A stretch of DNA of 63,749 bases, filler included, from Corallochytrium limacisporum Hawaii (Eukaryota > Protista > Pluriformea), in assembly GCA_002811645.1 (NCBI GenBank). It is 7 parts of 7 records of this genome, joined end to end, with 100 filler letters (N's around TTAATTAATTAA, not from the genome) between each part and the next. Parts side by side here need not be neighbours in the genome. Positions count along the whole stretch, not along the records: positions 1 to 21,712 come from PDIP01000136.1; 6 more parts are not named here. The stretch is one strand, 5' to 3'. The first letter of the stretch is position 1, and each line of letters starts with the position of its first letter. The translations under genes and the position numbers were made by a program. This document shows positions 9,689 through 20,282 of this stretch, piece by piece. Below the pieces are notes generated by a model. It ran no database searches, had not been told where the DNA came from, and saw only the letters and a list, made by a program, of their open reading frames with translations.

Positions 9689-12184
9689 ATGACTTCAGCG
9701 TCGTCTTTCCGCGTAAGGGCGGTTGTTGGACGCGGGTCCTTTGGCGAGATCCAGCTCGTCCAGCACAAGGTGCACAAGAGCGCCCACGTCATGAAAGTGG
9801 TCCCCAGAGTGTCTGCTTTCAGACAGACCACAGGAATGAAGTTTCGTGAGGAAAGGAACATTATGATAGCCGCTGCCGAGGAGTCCAATGTCGATGCCAA
9901 CAAGTATCTGGTGACGTTGCATTCATTCTTCTACGATGAGAACGATCTGTTTTATGTGATGCCGTTCTACCCAGGAGGTGACCTTCTCGCTTTGCTGGAG
10001 CGTAAAGGCGGTCTTCTTGAAGAATACGAAGGCGAGTTCTACGTTGCAGAAGCCTTCGCAGCCGTGTTTGCCTTGCATGACCTTGGGTACGTTCACCGGG
10101 ACCTGAAGCCTGACAATTTCTTCATTGACCAATGGGGCCATCTTAAATTAGGAGATTTTGGTTACGCTGGCGAGCTGGATGAAAATGGCGAAGCTAGTGC
10201 TTCTGTCGTGCTTGGATGCCCCGACTACACCGCTCCTGAGCTTCTGCAGGGAGTTGGCCAGGTTCAGTATTCCAAGGCTGCGGACTACTGGAGCTTAGGT
10301 GTGATGACCTACGAAATTTTGACCGGAGACATGCCCTTCAGTGGAGACACTATCGCAGAGCTTTACGCGAACATTCAAAATTTCGCTTCCACGTTCTGCT
10401 TTCCGGAAGACACCACCATGTCCCCGATCGCTCGGGACCTCATCACCAGCTTGATCGCGGAGAAGGGCAAGCGCATGACTGCCAGCGACATTCGAAGCCA
10501 CCCGTTTTTGGGCAATGTTAATCTGGATCGACTTCAAGACCGCATTCCTCCTGTGGTCCCAGTCCTTAAAACTGAGTTTGATACGGTCTACTTTGACGAC
10601 GTACCCCCAGCACCAGAGGTCAGTGTATCTCACACGACCAGGAAGAGTGGCTACACGACTGAGGAAATGGAAGAGATGTTGCATGACTTGGCACACGACA
10701 CTCTCGGTGGGGAGACAGAAACAGAAACCGAGACGGCACCGGCTGGTACGGAATTGCCGATTGGGGCAACAGGAGGAATTGCTGCCGGAGCTGAAATTGC
10801 TGTCCAGACTTCTCCTGACAAGCTGACGGCTGCACCATCTCCAATTTCGACAACCCGCAAACCACAAGCACCAATTCAGAGGAAGATTGATTCCTCGCCT
10901 ATCCGGGCAGCTTGTGCAAACTCTGGCAACGTGCGACGGACGGTAAAGGCTATCAATAGCGGAGACACACCGAGGAGGCAGCACGATGTGAGCCGTAAAC
11001 CTAGTCCTATGACTGCAAACTTCATGAACAGCAGACCTGCAGGTGGTTTCAACGGGCAAACTCGTACTCCGACGCGCACGCCTAGTCGGAAAGATCCGTC
11101 GGCAAACGTATCGTCACCCGCTGCAATGCACTCCTGTAAAGTTCAGACTGACACGACTCTGATGACACCATCTCCCGTGCGATCTGCACGAATGCTCGAT
11201 CGCGCAACCATGAAGGAGAGTTCAGTGACATTCAGTCAAGGCACCAACACGCGGGCGGCACTCATGTTCAATCATCACACACAAACGCCTGAGCATGTGA
11301 AAACCGTTGAGGAACAGCGTAGCCAAGGTGTGCAGACGAGCACCGTTTGCGAAAGAACTGTGGGTGCGCAGACCCTTATCAGCAGTGTTTCTCTAGCCAT
11401 GAATGCAGAAGAAGACGCCCTTCTACGGGAGATGCAGGCCCTGTTGGCCGCGGGCCCTATATCTTCAACCAATGTTACTGTCACCAACTTCAACGGAGAC
11501 GCCCTGGTTGCGCTGGAGCATGAGCGCCGAGAACGCCGGTGTCTCTCCAAGCAGGTGACCGCCCTGCAACGTCAACTAGATACTGTCACTAAGCAAATGG
11601 AGAAGGAGCAACAGGCACGCATCGCAATTGAACAGTCCAAGGCTCAGATGGCCCGGGAGTACGAGCAAGAGCTGTCAGTGACGCGTTCAGCTACAAATCA
11701 GCTTCATGGACTCTGTGATCAGCTGACCTCCGAGCTGTATGGTGTCAATGATACCACCAGCCTCTCTCATACTCTCTTGGAGCGCCGGCAGAGTAATGTT
11801 TCATCGCAAAACGGGACCTGGAGCAAGAACCTTCGCAGGTCGAAGATGGTGAGGAGCGGTGGTCAACGTGACTACATTGCTGACTATGGTAAAGAGAACG
11901 CTGGGGTGGCGATCGGACTGGATCCGGAGCTCGGTCAACCGAAGATGTACCATAACATTCCACATCGCCTAGTTCGGCAGAAAGTCTACATTGGCCTTGC
12001 CCGCTGCATGGTCTGCAAGGACAGTATTCAGTTGGGTAGCATGGCCATGCGTTGCACTGAGTGCAACGCATGCGCTCATCGTCGGTGCACATCGTCGGTG
12101 AAGAACACGTGTGGCCTTCCTCCGGGTTGGGATAGCACTGTGGGAGTATACGCATTGGCCCATGACATCGAACTGGAGTCCTGA
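9689..12184 (+). CDS. Citron/ROCK/MRCK-family AGC Ser/Thr kinase with coiled coil and C-terminal C1 domain (citron-like, lacking PH/CNH)
   Basis: Kinase motifs VGRGSFGEI, VMK, FREERNIM, YPGGDLLALL, HRDLKPDN, LKLGDFG, GCPDYTAPE, DYWSLGV; AGC tail PPVVP..DTVYFDD. C1 domain MYHNIPHRL..CMVC..CTEC.ACAH..C..TCGLP. An in-frame TAA at 9653 fixes the start. Confidence 0.9.
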   Translation: MTSASSFRVRAVVGRGSFGEIQLVQHKVHKSAHVMKVVPRVSAFRQTTGMKFREERNIMIAAAEESNVDANKYLVTLHSFFYDENDLFYVMPFYPGGDLLALLERKGGLLEEYEGEFYVAEAFAAVFALHDLGYVHRDLKPDNFFIDQWGHLKLGDFGYAGELDENGEASASVVLGCPDYTAPELLQGVGQVQYSKAADYWSLGVMTYEILTGDMPFSGDTIAELYANIQNFASTFCFPEDTTMSPIARDLITSLIAEKGKRMTASDIRSHPFLGNVNLDRLQDRIPPVVPVLKTEFDTVYFDDVPPAPEVSVSHTTRKSGYTTEEMEEMLHDLAHDTLGGETETETETAPAGTELPIGATGGIAAGAEIAVQTSPDKLTAAPSPISTTRKPQAPIQRKIDSSPIRAACANSGNVRRTVKAINSGDTPRRQHDVSRKPSPMTANFMNSRPAGGFNGQTRTPTRTPSRKDPSANVSSPAAMHSCKVQTDTTLMTPSPVRSARMLDRATMKESSVTFSQGTNTRAALMFNHHTQTPEHVKTVEEQRSQGVQTSTVCERTVGAQTLISSVSLAMNAEEDALLREMQALLAAGPISSTNVTVTNFNGDALVALEHERRERRCLSKQVTALQRQLDTVTKQMEKEQQARIAIEQSKAQMAREYEQELSVTRSATNQLHGLCDQLTSELYGVNDTTSLSHTLLERRQSNVSSQNGTWSKNLRRSKMVRSGGQRDYIADYGKENAGVAIGLDPELGQPKMYHNIPHRLVRQKVYIGLARCMVCKDSIQLGSMAMRCTECNACAHRRCTSSVKNTCGLPPGWDSTVGVYALAHDIELES

Positions 12185-12247
12185 GGCTCCATATAAATAC
12201 ATTGTTTTAGTGGTATATTTCATTTGTTTCTTTAATCTTTACGTAGC

Positions 12248-13864
12248 TTAATCCGCAGCAATGCCTTCGTCGTCCACACTATCAGAATCGTCCTCATTAC
12301 TAGTATCATCAGTATCAGTTTCATCAGAATCTGTCTCTTCCTGGCCACCATCAACCGCTTCCTCAATGGCCAGCAGGGCGAACTTTTCCAAGCACTCCGC
12401 ACGGGCTTCCGAAATGCTTTTCAAAAGCTCTTCGCTCAGCCGTCTGAGGTGAGCAGTCTTGCAGTGTGGAGACTGAACCCAGCTTGTGAATTCCTGAATG
12501 TACAATTGATCTACAACGTAAAATACTTCGTGGGCCCTCAGCACCTTATGCAGGTGAAGCAGTGCCTTCACCACTGCGCGTCTACCCAAACTAAGAATGA
12601 TCGCTGCATCCTTGATAGCCAGCGCGGCCAGCGTCCAGTGTCGCTGCAAGGGATAAGTCACAATCCGCCGAGTAACTCCCAGCGTTACGTCCCCCACTGA
12701 CTCATAGACTACGTGCCAGCGCAGCGTCGGGGACAGCACCTGCACGGTCCATGCTGATTCTACTGTCGGATCGTTTCCATTCTGGCGATATTCGTAGCTG
12801 TACACGAGTAGGAGATCAACAAGGGCCAAATACATATTCTTCTTGTGCTCCAGAAGGCTATAGTCTCGCTTGGGCAGGGAAGAGAGCAGACTAGACTCAT
12901 CTCCAGTCAAGCGGATCATGTCATCCGATTTGCGAACCTTTGTCGAATGGTTCAACACGGCATTGTTGTCCTTACTTGTGTCATCCAATACGACCGCCTG
13001 CATCTGCTGCTCAATCTCAGCCTCCTGGGCCTCAATGTCTGCTTTTATACTGCGATAAATCTCTTCCCACCATGGCATCTGGGTCAAATTGGCCATCTGT
13101 ACTATTCGTTCAGCATAGTCAGCGGCGTAGTGTTCGTCATCGAAGTCTTCCCCTTCCGATTTCTGCATCATCTGCATTCGTTCGCTGTACGTGTACGTGG
13201 CCGGGTCATCCGATATCGTCCATCCTAGCTCGCGTCTAAGTGCTTCGTCAAGCCCAGAATAGACACCTGTGCGACGTAGGTCAAAGCCGTACCGGTGTCT
13301 CTGTTGCATGATGGGGTCCTCACCCAGCAGGCTCTGGTCCGAGAGCAACGCTTGCATACCTTGCGGATTAGCCTTTGGGTCCACTGTCCAGGACCAGTCA
13401 ATCTCTTCGTCTTCCAGATCTTCGGGTTTCATTGTACCCTCTGCCAGTTCTTCGATAACCTCCACTGCCGGGCGCCCAACGTTTGCTCGCTTTGGAGACG
13501 GCAGCGTGGGTTCGTCAAGTGGGCCGCCGGCTACGCGGATCTGGTCAGGTCCCAGACCTTTCGACTTCTTCTTGTCTGTCATCACCCATGTCAGCAAAGA
13601 TAAGTCCCCAAAGTCTTGGCCGCGCTCAGCTTTAGGCAACCATACAGTCAATTCGTGCGTATTTGGATCAAAGGACGCTTTCTCCCGTCCGTCCTCGACA
13701 ATAGCATAGTCAAAATTAAGCTTCAGAAAGTACGGCTTCACATGAATTCGTGCTTCATTCACTTCGATACTCACCTCCAATTCTTTTGCCCGGACGTACG
13801 GTGTGCGTGCATGGACAATGACATAGTCATCGTCCTGCGAAAGTGTGAAATCAGGCGTAAGCAT
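12248..13864 (-). CDS. SHQ1: H/ACA ribonucleoprotein assembly factor SHQ1
   Basis: N-terminal MLTPDFTLSQDDDYV (CS domain, PYFLKLNF), YGF, FDDEHYAADY, LVDLLLVYSYEYR..DPTVESAWT..LSPTL, RRIVTYPLQRHW, acidic tail. Start placed at the conserved MLTP (13864). Confidence 0.95.
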   Translation of the reverse strand: MLTPDFTLSQDDDYVIVHARTPYVRAKELEVSIEVNEARIHVKPYFLKLNFDYAIVEDGREKASFDPNTHELTVWLPKAERGQDFGDLSLLTWVMTDKKKSKGLGPDQIRVAGGPLDEPTLPSPKRANVGRPAVEVIEELAEGTMKPEDLEDEEIDWSWTVDPKANPQGMQALLSDQSLLGEDPIMQQRHRYGFDLRRTGVYSGLDEALRRELGWTISDDPATYTYSERMQMMQKSEGEDFDDEHYAADYAERIVQMANLTQMPWWEEIYRSIKADIEAQEAEIEQQMQAVVLDDTSKDNNAVLNHSTKVRKSDDMIRLTGDESSLLSSLPKRDYSLLEHKKNMYLALVDLLLVYSYEYRQNGNDPTVESAWTVQVLSPTLRWHVVYESVGDVTLGVTRRIVTYPLQRHWTLAALAIKDAAIILSLGRRAVVKALLHLHKVLRAHEVFYVVDQLYIQEFTSWVQSPHCKTAHLRRLSEELLKSISEARAECLEKFALLAIEEAVDGGQEETDSDETDTDDTSNEDDSDSVDDEGIAAD

Positions 13865-14514
13865 GGGATTCCAAGGCAATCAGTAGGGACAGCTCCGCCA
13901 TGGCCTTATGGATCACACGCGCCTATTTTCGAAGCAGAAGCGTGGCTTTCCCATCACAAGGGATTTGTACTGTAACACGCTCAATCAAATACCCAGCTGA
14001 CAACAAATAGAGAATGTAACAGCGAGGAATGTGAAAAGTAGGTCCCAAGCTCGTGACTTGGCCCCTGGCCCTGTCCCCGAGGCACCGACCACGAGCCCCA
14101 TCCTTCCCCGGGCGGGTCTCTCCCGCCGTCCCTCGCTGGGTTCTCGCTTTCCCCCCTTTCCAAGCCCCCCCCCCCTTCGGGCGGAGCAAAAAGGGGCCGG
14201 TCCCAGTCCGTCACAAGGAAGGGGGGGTTGGAGGATGGCTGCCGAGTTTTGGGTAACGGCGGACGGTTTTGAGTGGCCGATATTGTGTTGTTTTTTTTTT
14301 TTTGGTGCGAGAATCTTCACATCGGTGTCACAACGTAGAAGATGGAGGTGTTTCAAGAACCCTGAATTGCGTCCTCAGATTCCAGAAGTCAGGTAATGCT
14401 GGATAGCCGTTTGTTGGTCCTAATCGCATAGGTCAGATCAGTAGCCATGCTGATGTGAGCAAAGAGCTGGGACTTAACGAAGATACGAAGCTTGCAACCT
14501 TTCAACCTTTCACC

Positions 14515-16053
14515 ATGGCTGCACCACGGCAGACGATGTCGTATCCTCGGCTGCTATATCGCTTTGGACAGCTGGGTTTGATTCTGGGCGTTGGACTCAC
14601 AGGCTGGGGCGCTCTCGGAGGGTGGAAGAACGAGTATACTGACGAGGAATGGCTCAATAATTGGTACACAGTACCAAGGCCTGGCAATCTCCGAGAAAAG
14701 AGTGTGGATTTGGCGCATGGGACGGTCGGATACGATGCTGCTGAGACGGCAGGATTGTCTCGTCGCCAGATGGCGGCCGCAATGGCCAGTCTCTACCCTG
14801 TAGACTACGAGCTGCGGGATCTTGCTCTCCTCATGAAGGGTCTGCAGAAGAATAAAGTGCCGATTCGTCACGACTTGCATACCCTGCTGAGGAGTCAATG
14901 CCATGCGTTCAGCTTCCGCGACCTTCGTGAGTGCTCTGAGCAGGCACTCGACGACTGGAAGGCAGCTCGCTTGGGTATGCGCACGGCCGCGTTCCCACAG
15001 GGGACCATGCCGAAGCCATCTTTCTCGGTCGAAGCTGAGCGGGAGAAACTGATGAAGGAGAAGGCAGCAGATCATGCTGCAAACGCTCGCGCCAACAAGG
15101 GTAAGGGGCTCGTAAAGAAGAAAGAGCCCAAGACTATTGACCCGGACGACCAAATTGACTTTGAAGCGATTGCGGATTTGCAACGGCGTCTGGTTGATTG
15201 TCTGGCCAAGTATCGCTGGCATCGCTACGTCGAGAACTCAAGTATTGCACAGAAGGCCAGTTTGTGGGAACCTGAAGACTGGCTCGGCTTTGATCAGGTG
15301 TCAACTCCCGTCCGGAATGGCATTCTTGCCCGGCTGAGCAGCCGCGGTGCGGCCATTGTGTACAATGCATTCACAAAAGAACAACTGGCGCCGTTCCAAG
15401 AACTTGTGAAGTATTCTGATTTCAAGTCCACGGAGACCCCAAGTGGCAAGCTTGGACCAGATATCAACACAGTGGAGACATCCCGCGGTCGTTTGCATCT
15501 GAACGCGTTCCAGAGCCCGCAGGTGTCTGAGGCCATGAAGTCTTTGATTAAGCCCTTCCTGCCCATTGTTCACGGCTTCCTGTATGGCCAGGATGTCTAC
15601 TTGAGTGATATGCAGGTTCTGGTGAATCAACCGGGAAGTGAAGATCAACGTTTCCACGTAAATAACTGCACAAAGGGTATAACTGTGATTGTGCCACTTG
15701 TCGAGGTCACTGAAGCAGGGGGACCAACGGAGATTTTGCCGGGATCGCAGATGCTGCTGACCCGCGGGTTGCAGAGGACCATTGGCCCACTCATGATGAC
15801 ATCCTATGGCGACTTCTTCTGCGAATTGCTGGGCAGGCTCCGTCCTAAATATCGGCCAAAGCTGCAGGTTGGTGACATGTTCGTCTTCGACTCGCGGACC
15901 ATCCACCGTGGTCTCAGCAATCTCAGCAGCAACGGGACCCCTATCCTGGTCTTCCGCTTTGATCCCATCCAGTACCCATCTTCAGGCCGACAAGACGTGC
16001 TCACTGGAACTGGCACGCCGCCTTTCCCTCCGAGTATTCCAAGGAAGGACTGA
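14515..16053 (+). CDS. Membrane-anchored protein with C-terminal PhyH-like (Fe/2OG dioxygenase fold) domain, non-canonical iron motif
   Basis: caccATGg start at 14515. Hydrophobic segment LGLILGVGLTGWGALGGW. C-terminal PGSEDQRFHVNN..ITVIVPLVEVTEAGGPTEILPGS..GDMFVFDSRTIHRGLSN is a PhyH-family pattern. Confidence 0.8.
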   Translation: MAAPRQTMSYPRLLYRFGQLGLILGVGLTGWGALGGWKNEYTDEEWLNNWYTVPRPGNLREKSVDLAHGTVGYDAAETAGLSRRQMAAAMASLYPVDYELRDLALLMKGLQKNKVPIRHDLHTLLRSQCHAFSFRDLRECSEQALDDWKAARLGMRTAAFPQGTMPKPSFSVEAEREKLMKEKAADHAANARANKGKGLVKKKEPKTIDPDDQIDFEAIADLQRRLVDCLAKYRWHRYVENSSIAQKASLWEPEDWLGFDQVSTPVRNGILARLSSRGAAIVYNAFTKEQLAPFQELVKYSDFKSTETPSGKLGPDINTVETSRGRLHLNAFQSPQVSEAMKSLIKPFLPIVHGFLYGQDVYLSDMQVLVNQPGSEDQRFHVNNCTKGITVIVPLVEVTEAGGPTEILPGSQMLLTRGLQRTIGPLMMTSYGDFFCELLGRLRPKYRPKLQVGDMFVFDSRTIHRGLSNLSSNGTPILVFRFDPIQYPSSGRQDVLTGTGTPPFPPSIPRKD

Positions 16054-19000
16054 GGACCTAAAACATCATGTAGAGCATGTATACAGTAGTTGTAACGTAC
16101 TAGCAGTAGAAGCATGAGTAGTCCACTCCCCCCCCCCCGCCAACTCGACCTCTTCTCTCTGCGCAGTGCTTCTGTTCTCTGCACACGATTTTATGATTTT
16201 TTTTGATATATATTTTGTCAAAATAGAATATATTTGTATGCAATTCAATCAAGTCAACACTGTGGTTGCACGGGAAACCGGCTTAGGTGGGGGCCCCCCC
16301 GGGGGGGGCCCGCTTTGAGAAACTAATGGAACAGAAATGGACAGAGCCCACCAGCAGTGGACTTGTGCAAATCAAACGAAATAGAGGCTATGTAACCAAA
16401 GTGTTAGACTGAATGAGCTTCACCAAATGCTCCGCGCCTGGTTGCACCCTCACCTAAAGCTCCCGCAAAGCGCTGCGGACCCAAAGAATTGACCGGTCCC
16501 AATCATAAGTGAAATCAAGTAGCAGCAGATAGTGTCCTCTTCCGGATAAGTCATGGGGTCATGGTATTACTTCAGATGATGACTGTGGCTATCAACTTCA
16601 GAGAGGAGCTCCTTGTGCGTCAAGGAGATGCGCTACCATGCCGGCGAGAGTACAGCCGACCTACCACTCCCGTATGGTGCCGAACACAGGGGGTTCACCG
16701 AAGCAACTGACACCCAGTAAACTGTCCACGAAACACGGTCAACCAATCGAATAAAGCGAAAAGTTCCATTGGGGCGGAACTCCTAGACAACAGAAGCCAA
16801 ACAGAAGGGGGAAGGTTGGAGGATTGAGCAGGCCTGGGCTTAAAGGGAACGGGGAAGCGGGTTCCAAATATGAACACGCGAAGTGCGCCCTAAAGCAGTG
16901 AATATATGGGACTGTGAAGGTGGGGAAGAGTCCGAGCCCCAAGCCCCAGAAAATAAAACATACTCCGGGCCGTACCCCGTAATAGGTTTGGATGCTTCTG
17001 TGGCCCACATGCGCAGTATGCGCCAACGGTGACATCGTCTGCATGCTAGGACAGGCCCACACCGGAGTAGCACAGAATAAGAGGATACAGATGGGGAAGC
17101 TGAGAACCCATGTCGACTGGGCTACAATCTCGTCAAGAATTTGCGAGTGAGAACAGTAGACCCGCCAACACCAGCCTAAGGTCCCCCTGGTTCATCGTCC
17201 CCCATGTCCCAATGGCAGCAATTTCCCTGCGTTCCCTTGTGTATACCCTCAATGACCATGGCGATACGCAAAGAGGAGCCCGCAAGCGCAGAAAAGAACG
17301 ATAGGAGACACGCAGAAGTAACACGACCAGAACAGGAATGAAATGATTGATGACGAAACCGAGAGGAGGCGCTAGACAGCAGACCTCAGCCCCTCGGTTT
17401 CTTTTCCAGAGAAATTGAATCAACGCATTCGGACATTCAGTCTCGCACATGAAGCGTATGAATATTTTGTGGCTCTGTCCAATGCTTTCCGAAGTAGAAG
17501 ATGGGCCGTCGCATAGGCCGGCGTTTATTGTCGGCAATCCTCTTTCATCCACCCACGCAGATACTAAAAGAAAATTCGAACACAGACGGGCGAATTAACA
17601 GATACTCCAACGACGGACACTGGAGAGCTGTGTTTAGTCAATACAGTCCATTTGGGCATCTAAAGCAAAGCGGTGCGTACCGACTTGTATTAATCATGGA
17701 AGACGCGCTTGCATTGCAAGTCTAAAGAACGGAGAACGGCGCACCATGTGCTTCTGAATATGCATTAGTAATGGAACGGATAATACTATCGTTGTGTACC
17801 GCATGTTTGGGGGTTCTACTATCGGGCCGTAAGACTGCAATGCCTTCTTCAAAGTTCAATAGCCAGTGCTATCTGTCCTATTTCTGTATACGTAGAGTAT
17901 TGAAATTGGCTCCAAACGAAAACATCCAGTGACAAGCAGGACTTATAACACGACAGGTGGCGCGCGCGCATTAATGCGGGAAGGCACCAGGCCTATGTAT
18001 GGAAAATGAGTCACAGTGTTGTCCGGTTCTGTTTCTTCGTTATCTAAATCAAGTAAGAAAATCCTGTTTTGAACGGCGCCCTAAACATTCTTGTTTGCCT
18101 TCCATAATATTGTTGTGATGGCCATTAGGTAGTGCAGGAGCTGCTTGTCATTGTTCACCTTTGTTCTCCGTGGGGTACACCATTGTTGCTATGACTGACA
18201 AGAATTTAGGTGTTTAAGCATATTAAACCATTCCAGCGGGGGCTGCCGTTCAGTCCTCCTCCGTTCGAGCCTTTCTCTTTTTGTTTTTTTTTTTCGCAGT
18301 TGGAATGGGGCCCCTTTGTTCGGAAGGCTCGTAATTGGTTGCGACTCGGACCCAGCACATTCATCCGGTTTCGCCTGTCCCCAGCTTCATGGGGCCGCTT
18401 TGGGACAGGTGCTGCGGTGCACTCCTCTTGATTGGATTCTAAAAGAGAGAACATTAGTGAGGAATAGAAGGTTTCTAATTTCCGAGGCCCTCGTAAGCTG
18501 TATACTCAGGCCCAAACTTAGAAAGTATAAACCGAGATAAAAGAGACGTATATCATCAGGGACGGTTAACGGTAAGGGTAATTGAACCTCGGCCCCCACT
18601 TATTTTCTCAGGACTCCGGGCGTCTCCCTACATATTGCCTGGCCTCCGAGTTTGACTTTTCGTCTCGGGGTAGCGAAGAGTAAAACACGGATCAGAGGCC
18701 GTCTATGCAGGCCAGCCCGCCCCTCCCCCTTTGCGCGCCTCAACTTTTTCAAAGCCACTGCGCCACTGCTTATTGCAGTAAGCATACAAGGGTTGGAATC
18801 TATGGCCGTTGGTACCATATCTAGCAAACCCCATATGCCAAAGCTCCCCGACGCTGAAGTTGATGATGCAGATGAACCAGCGGTCTACGTCAATACGAGC
18901 GCTGAAAGCACTTGGCGTCAGGCAAATGATGCAGCAGGACATAAGGAAGAAAAAGAAAGGAAAGGAATGCGCTGCGGCTAAAAGATAATTGACCCAGAAG

Positions 19001-20105
19001 ATCTTTTGTATGCTCAAGGTACATTCTTGGGTTGACGAAGTGTGCAAGCTTGAGTGGAGGACTTACTTCCGCTGCTAAATGCCTGCAAATAAATTGGTCT
19101 CTCGTGTGGACGGACTCCAGGCGCCGTGGCGTATGCTTTTCGTTCCCAGCCCCAGGTTCTTCTTGCTAAACTCAGGGGACACACACCCCGACTGCGCCCT
19201 GGTTTTGTTCTCAGTTCACACACCCCTCCCGGCGCCCTGCCTTATTAACCGTACGTGTACCATATGTTCCATTCCTGTTATAGGTGCCAGGGCAGTCGGA
19301 AGGGAAGGTGGGAGGGGAGGGGGCCTCCACCACCCTCTGCTGACCCTTCCCCAATCCCACCCACTGCCCCCCGTGCAGCAGTGGTGGGGAGGGGGCGAAC
19401 AGGGGAGCAGGCCGGGTGAAATGGGGAGCCGGGGTAGGGGAAAGGGGAAACGTGCTCAGCGCGTCAGCCAACAAAAAAACATTCCGCACGAGGAAGCCTG
19501 AAAAAAAAATGAAAACCACGACCAAAAATCGTGTAAGTCCAGGGTTCCCCTCTCTTTCGCCACAGCAGGACAGGTGGTTTCTGAATGCGTGCGGTAGGAT
19601 TTGTTGAAGGACAAATGGAGTTGGAAGAAGACGAGCAAGGGGGAGCGAGGAACGGGAGGAGAGGGAGGGAGAGACTAATGAGGGCTCGGGGGAAAGGTGA
19701 GGGGGAAGGGGGCGAGAAATCCCCGGGAGTAGCACCGCGAGACGGGGCGGGGGAATGTGAAAATGAGCTCTCCGCGGTTCGAGGATAGGAAGAGGAGGGG
19801 GAGGAGGGGGACGGCTGATTGGGGAGAAGTGACGACGACGGATGACATGGTTGTAACCAATACACACATGCGTGTGCACTACCACGAGCAAACTCAGCTC
19901 GAGTTCGGCTTATCTGTGCGGCATTAATGCATTACTTGCGGAGGCACATATTGGGGTAATATCTGGGGAGGTATAAGTTGGGTCGATCCACGGAAGGTCT
20001 ACACGATTCACCAGTGTGCGTATACAAGCGACGGATCGGTCAAACAGTGTACACATCTTGGGAACCGCGAAATCTCTTCAATATATTTACACACAGACAC
20101 TAACC

Positions 20106-20282
20106 ATGTATACAAACCACATGAACAGCATTTCTGAGGAACAGAGCGATATCCTGAAGCCTCTCCCTGGTTTTGGTGAACGTCAGCATCGCTGCGCTTC
20201 ACCGATGGAGAAGACCGCCACTTCTCTGGCACAGAGGAAGCTTATGGAGGCTCTGTACTCTAAGAAGACGCCTAGCGCATAG
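20106..20282 (+). CDS. Small ORF, 58 aa (MYTNHMNSISEEQSDILKPLPGFGERQHRCASPMEK...), unknown function
   Basis: accATG after an A/C-rich leader, TATA-like GGTATAAG at 19970-19977 (135 nt upstream) and an AT-rich downstream region. This is the same layout as the clearer genes in this window. No recognisable domain. Confidence 0.45.
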   Translation: MYTNHMNSISEEQSDILKPLPGFGERQHRCASPMEKTATSLAQRKLMEALYSKKTPSA

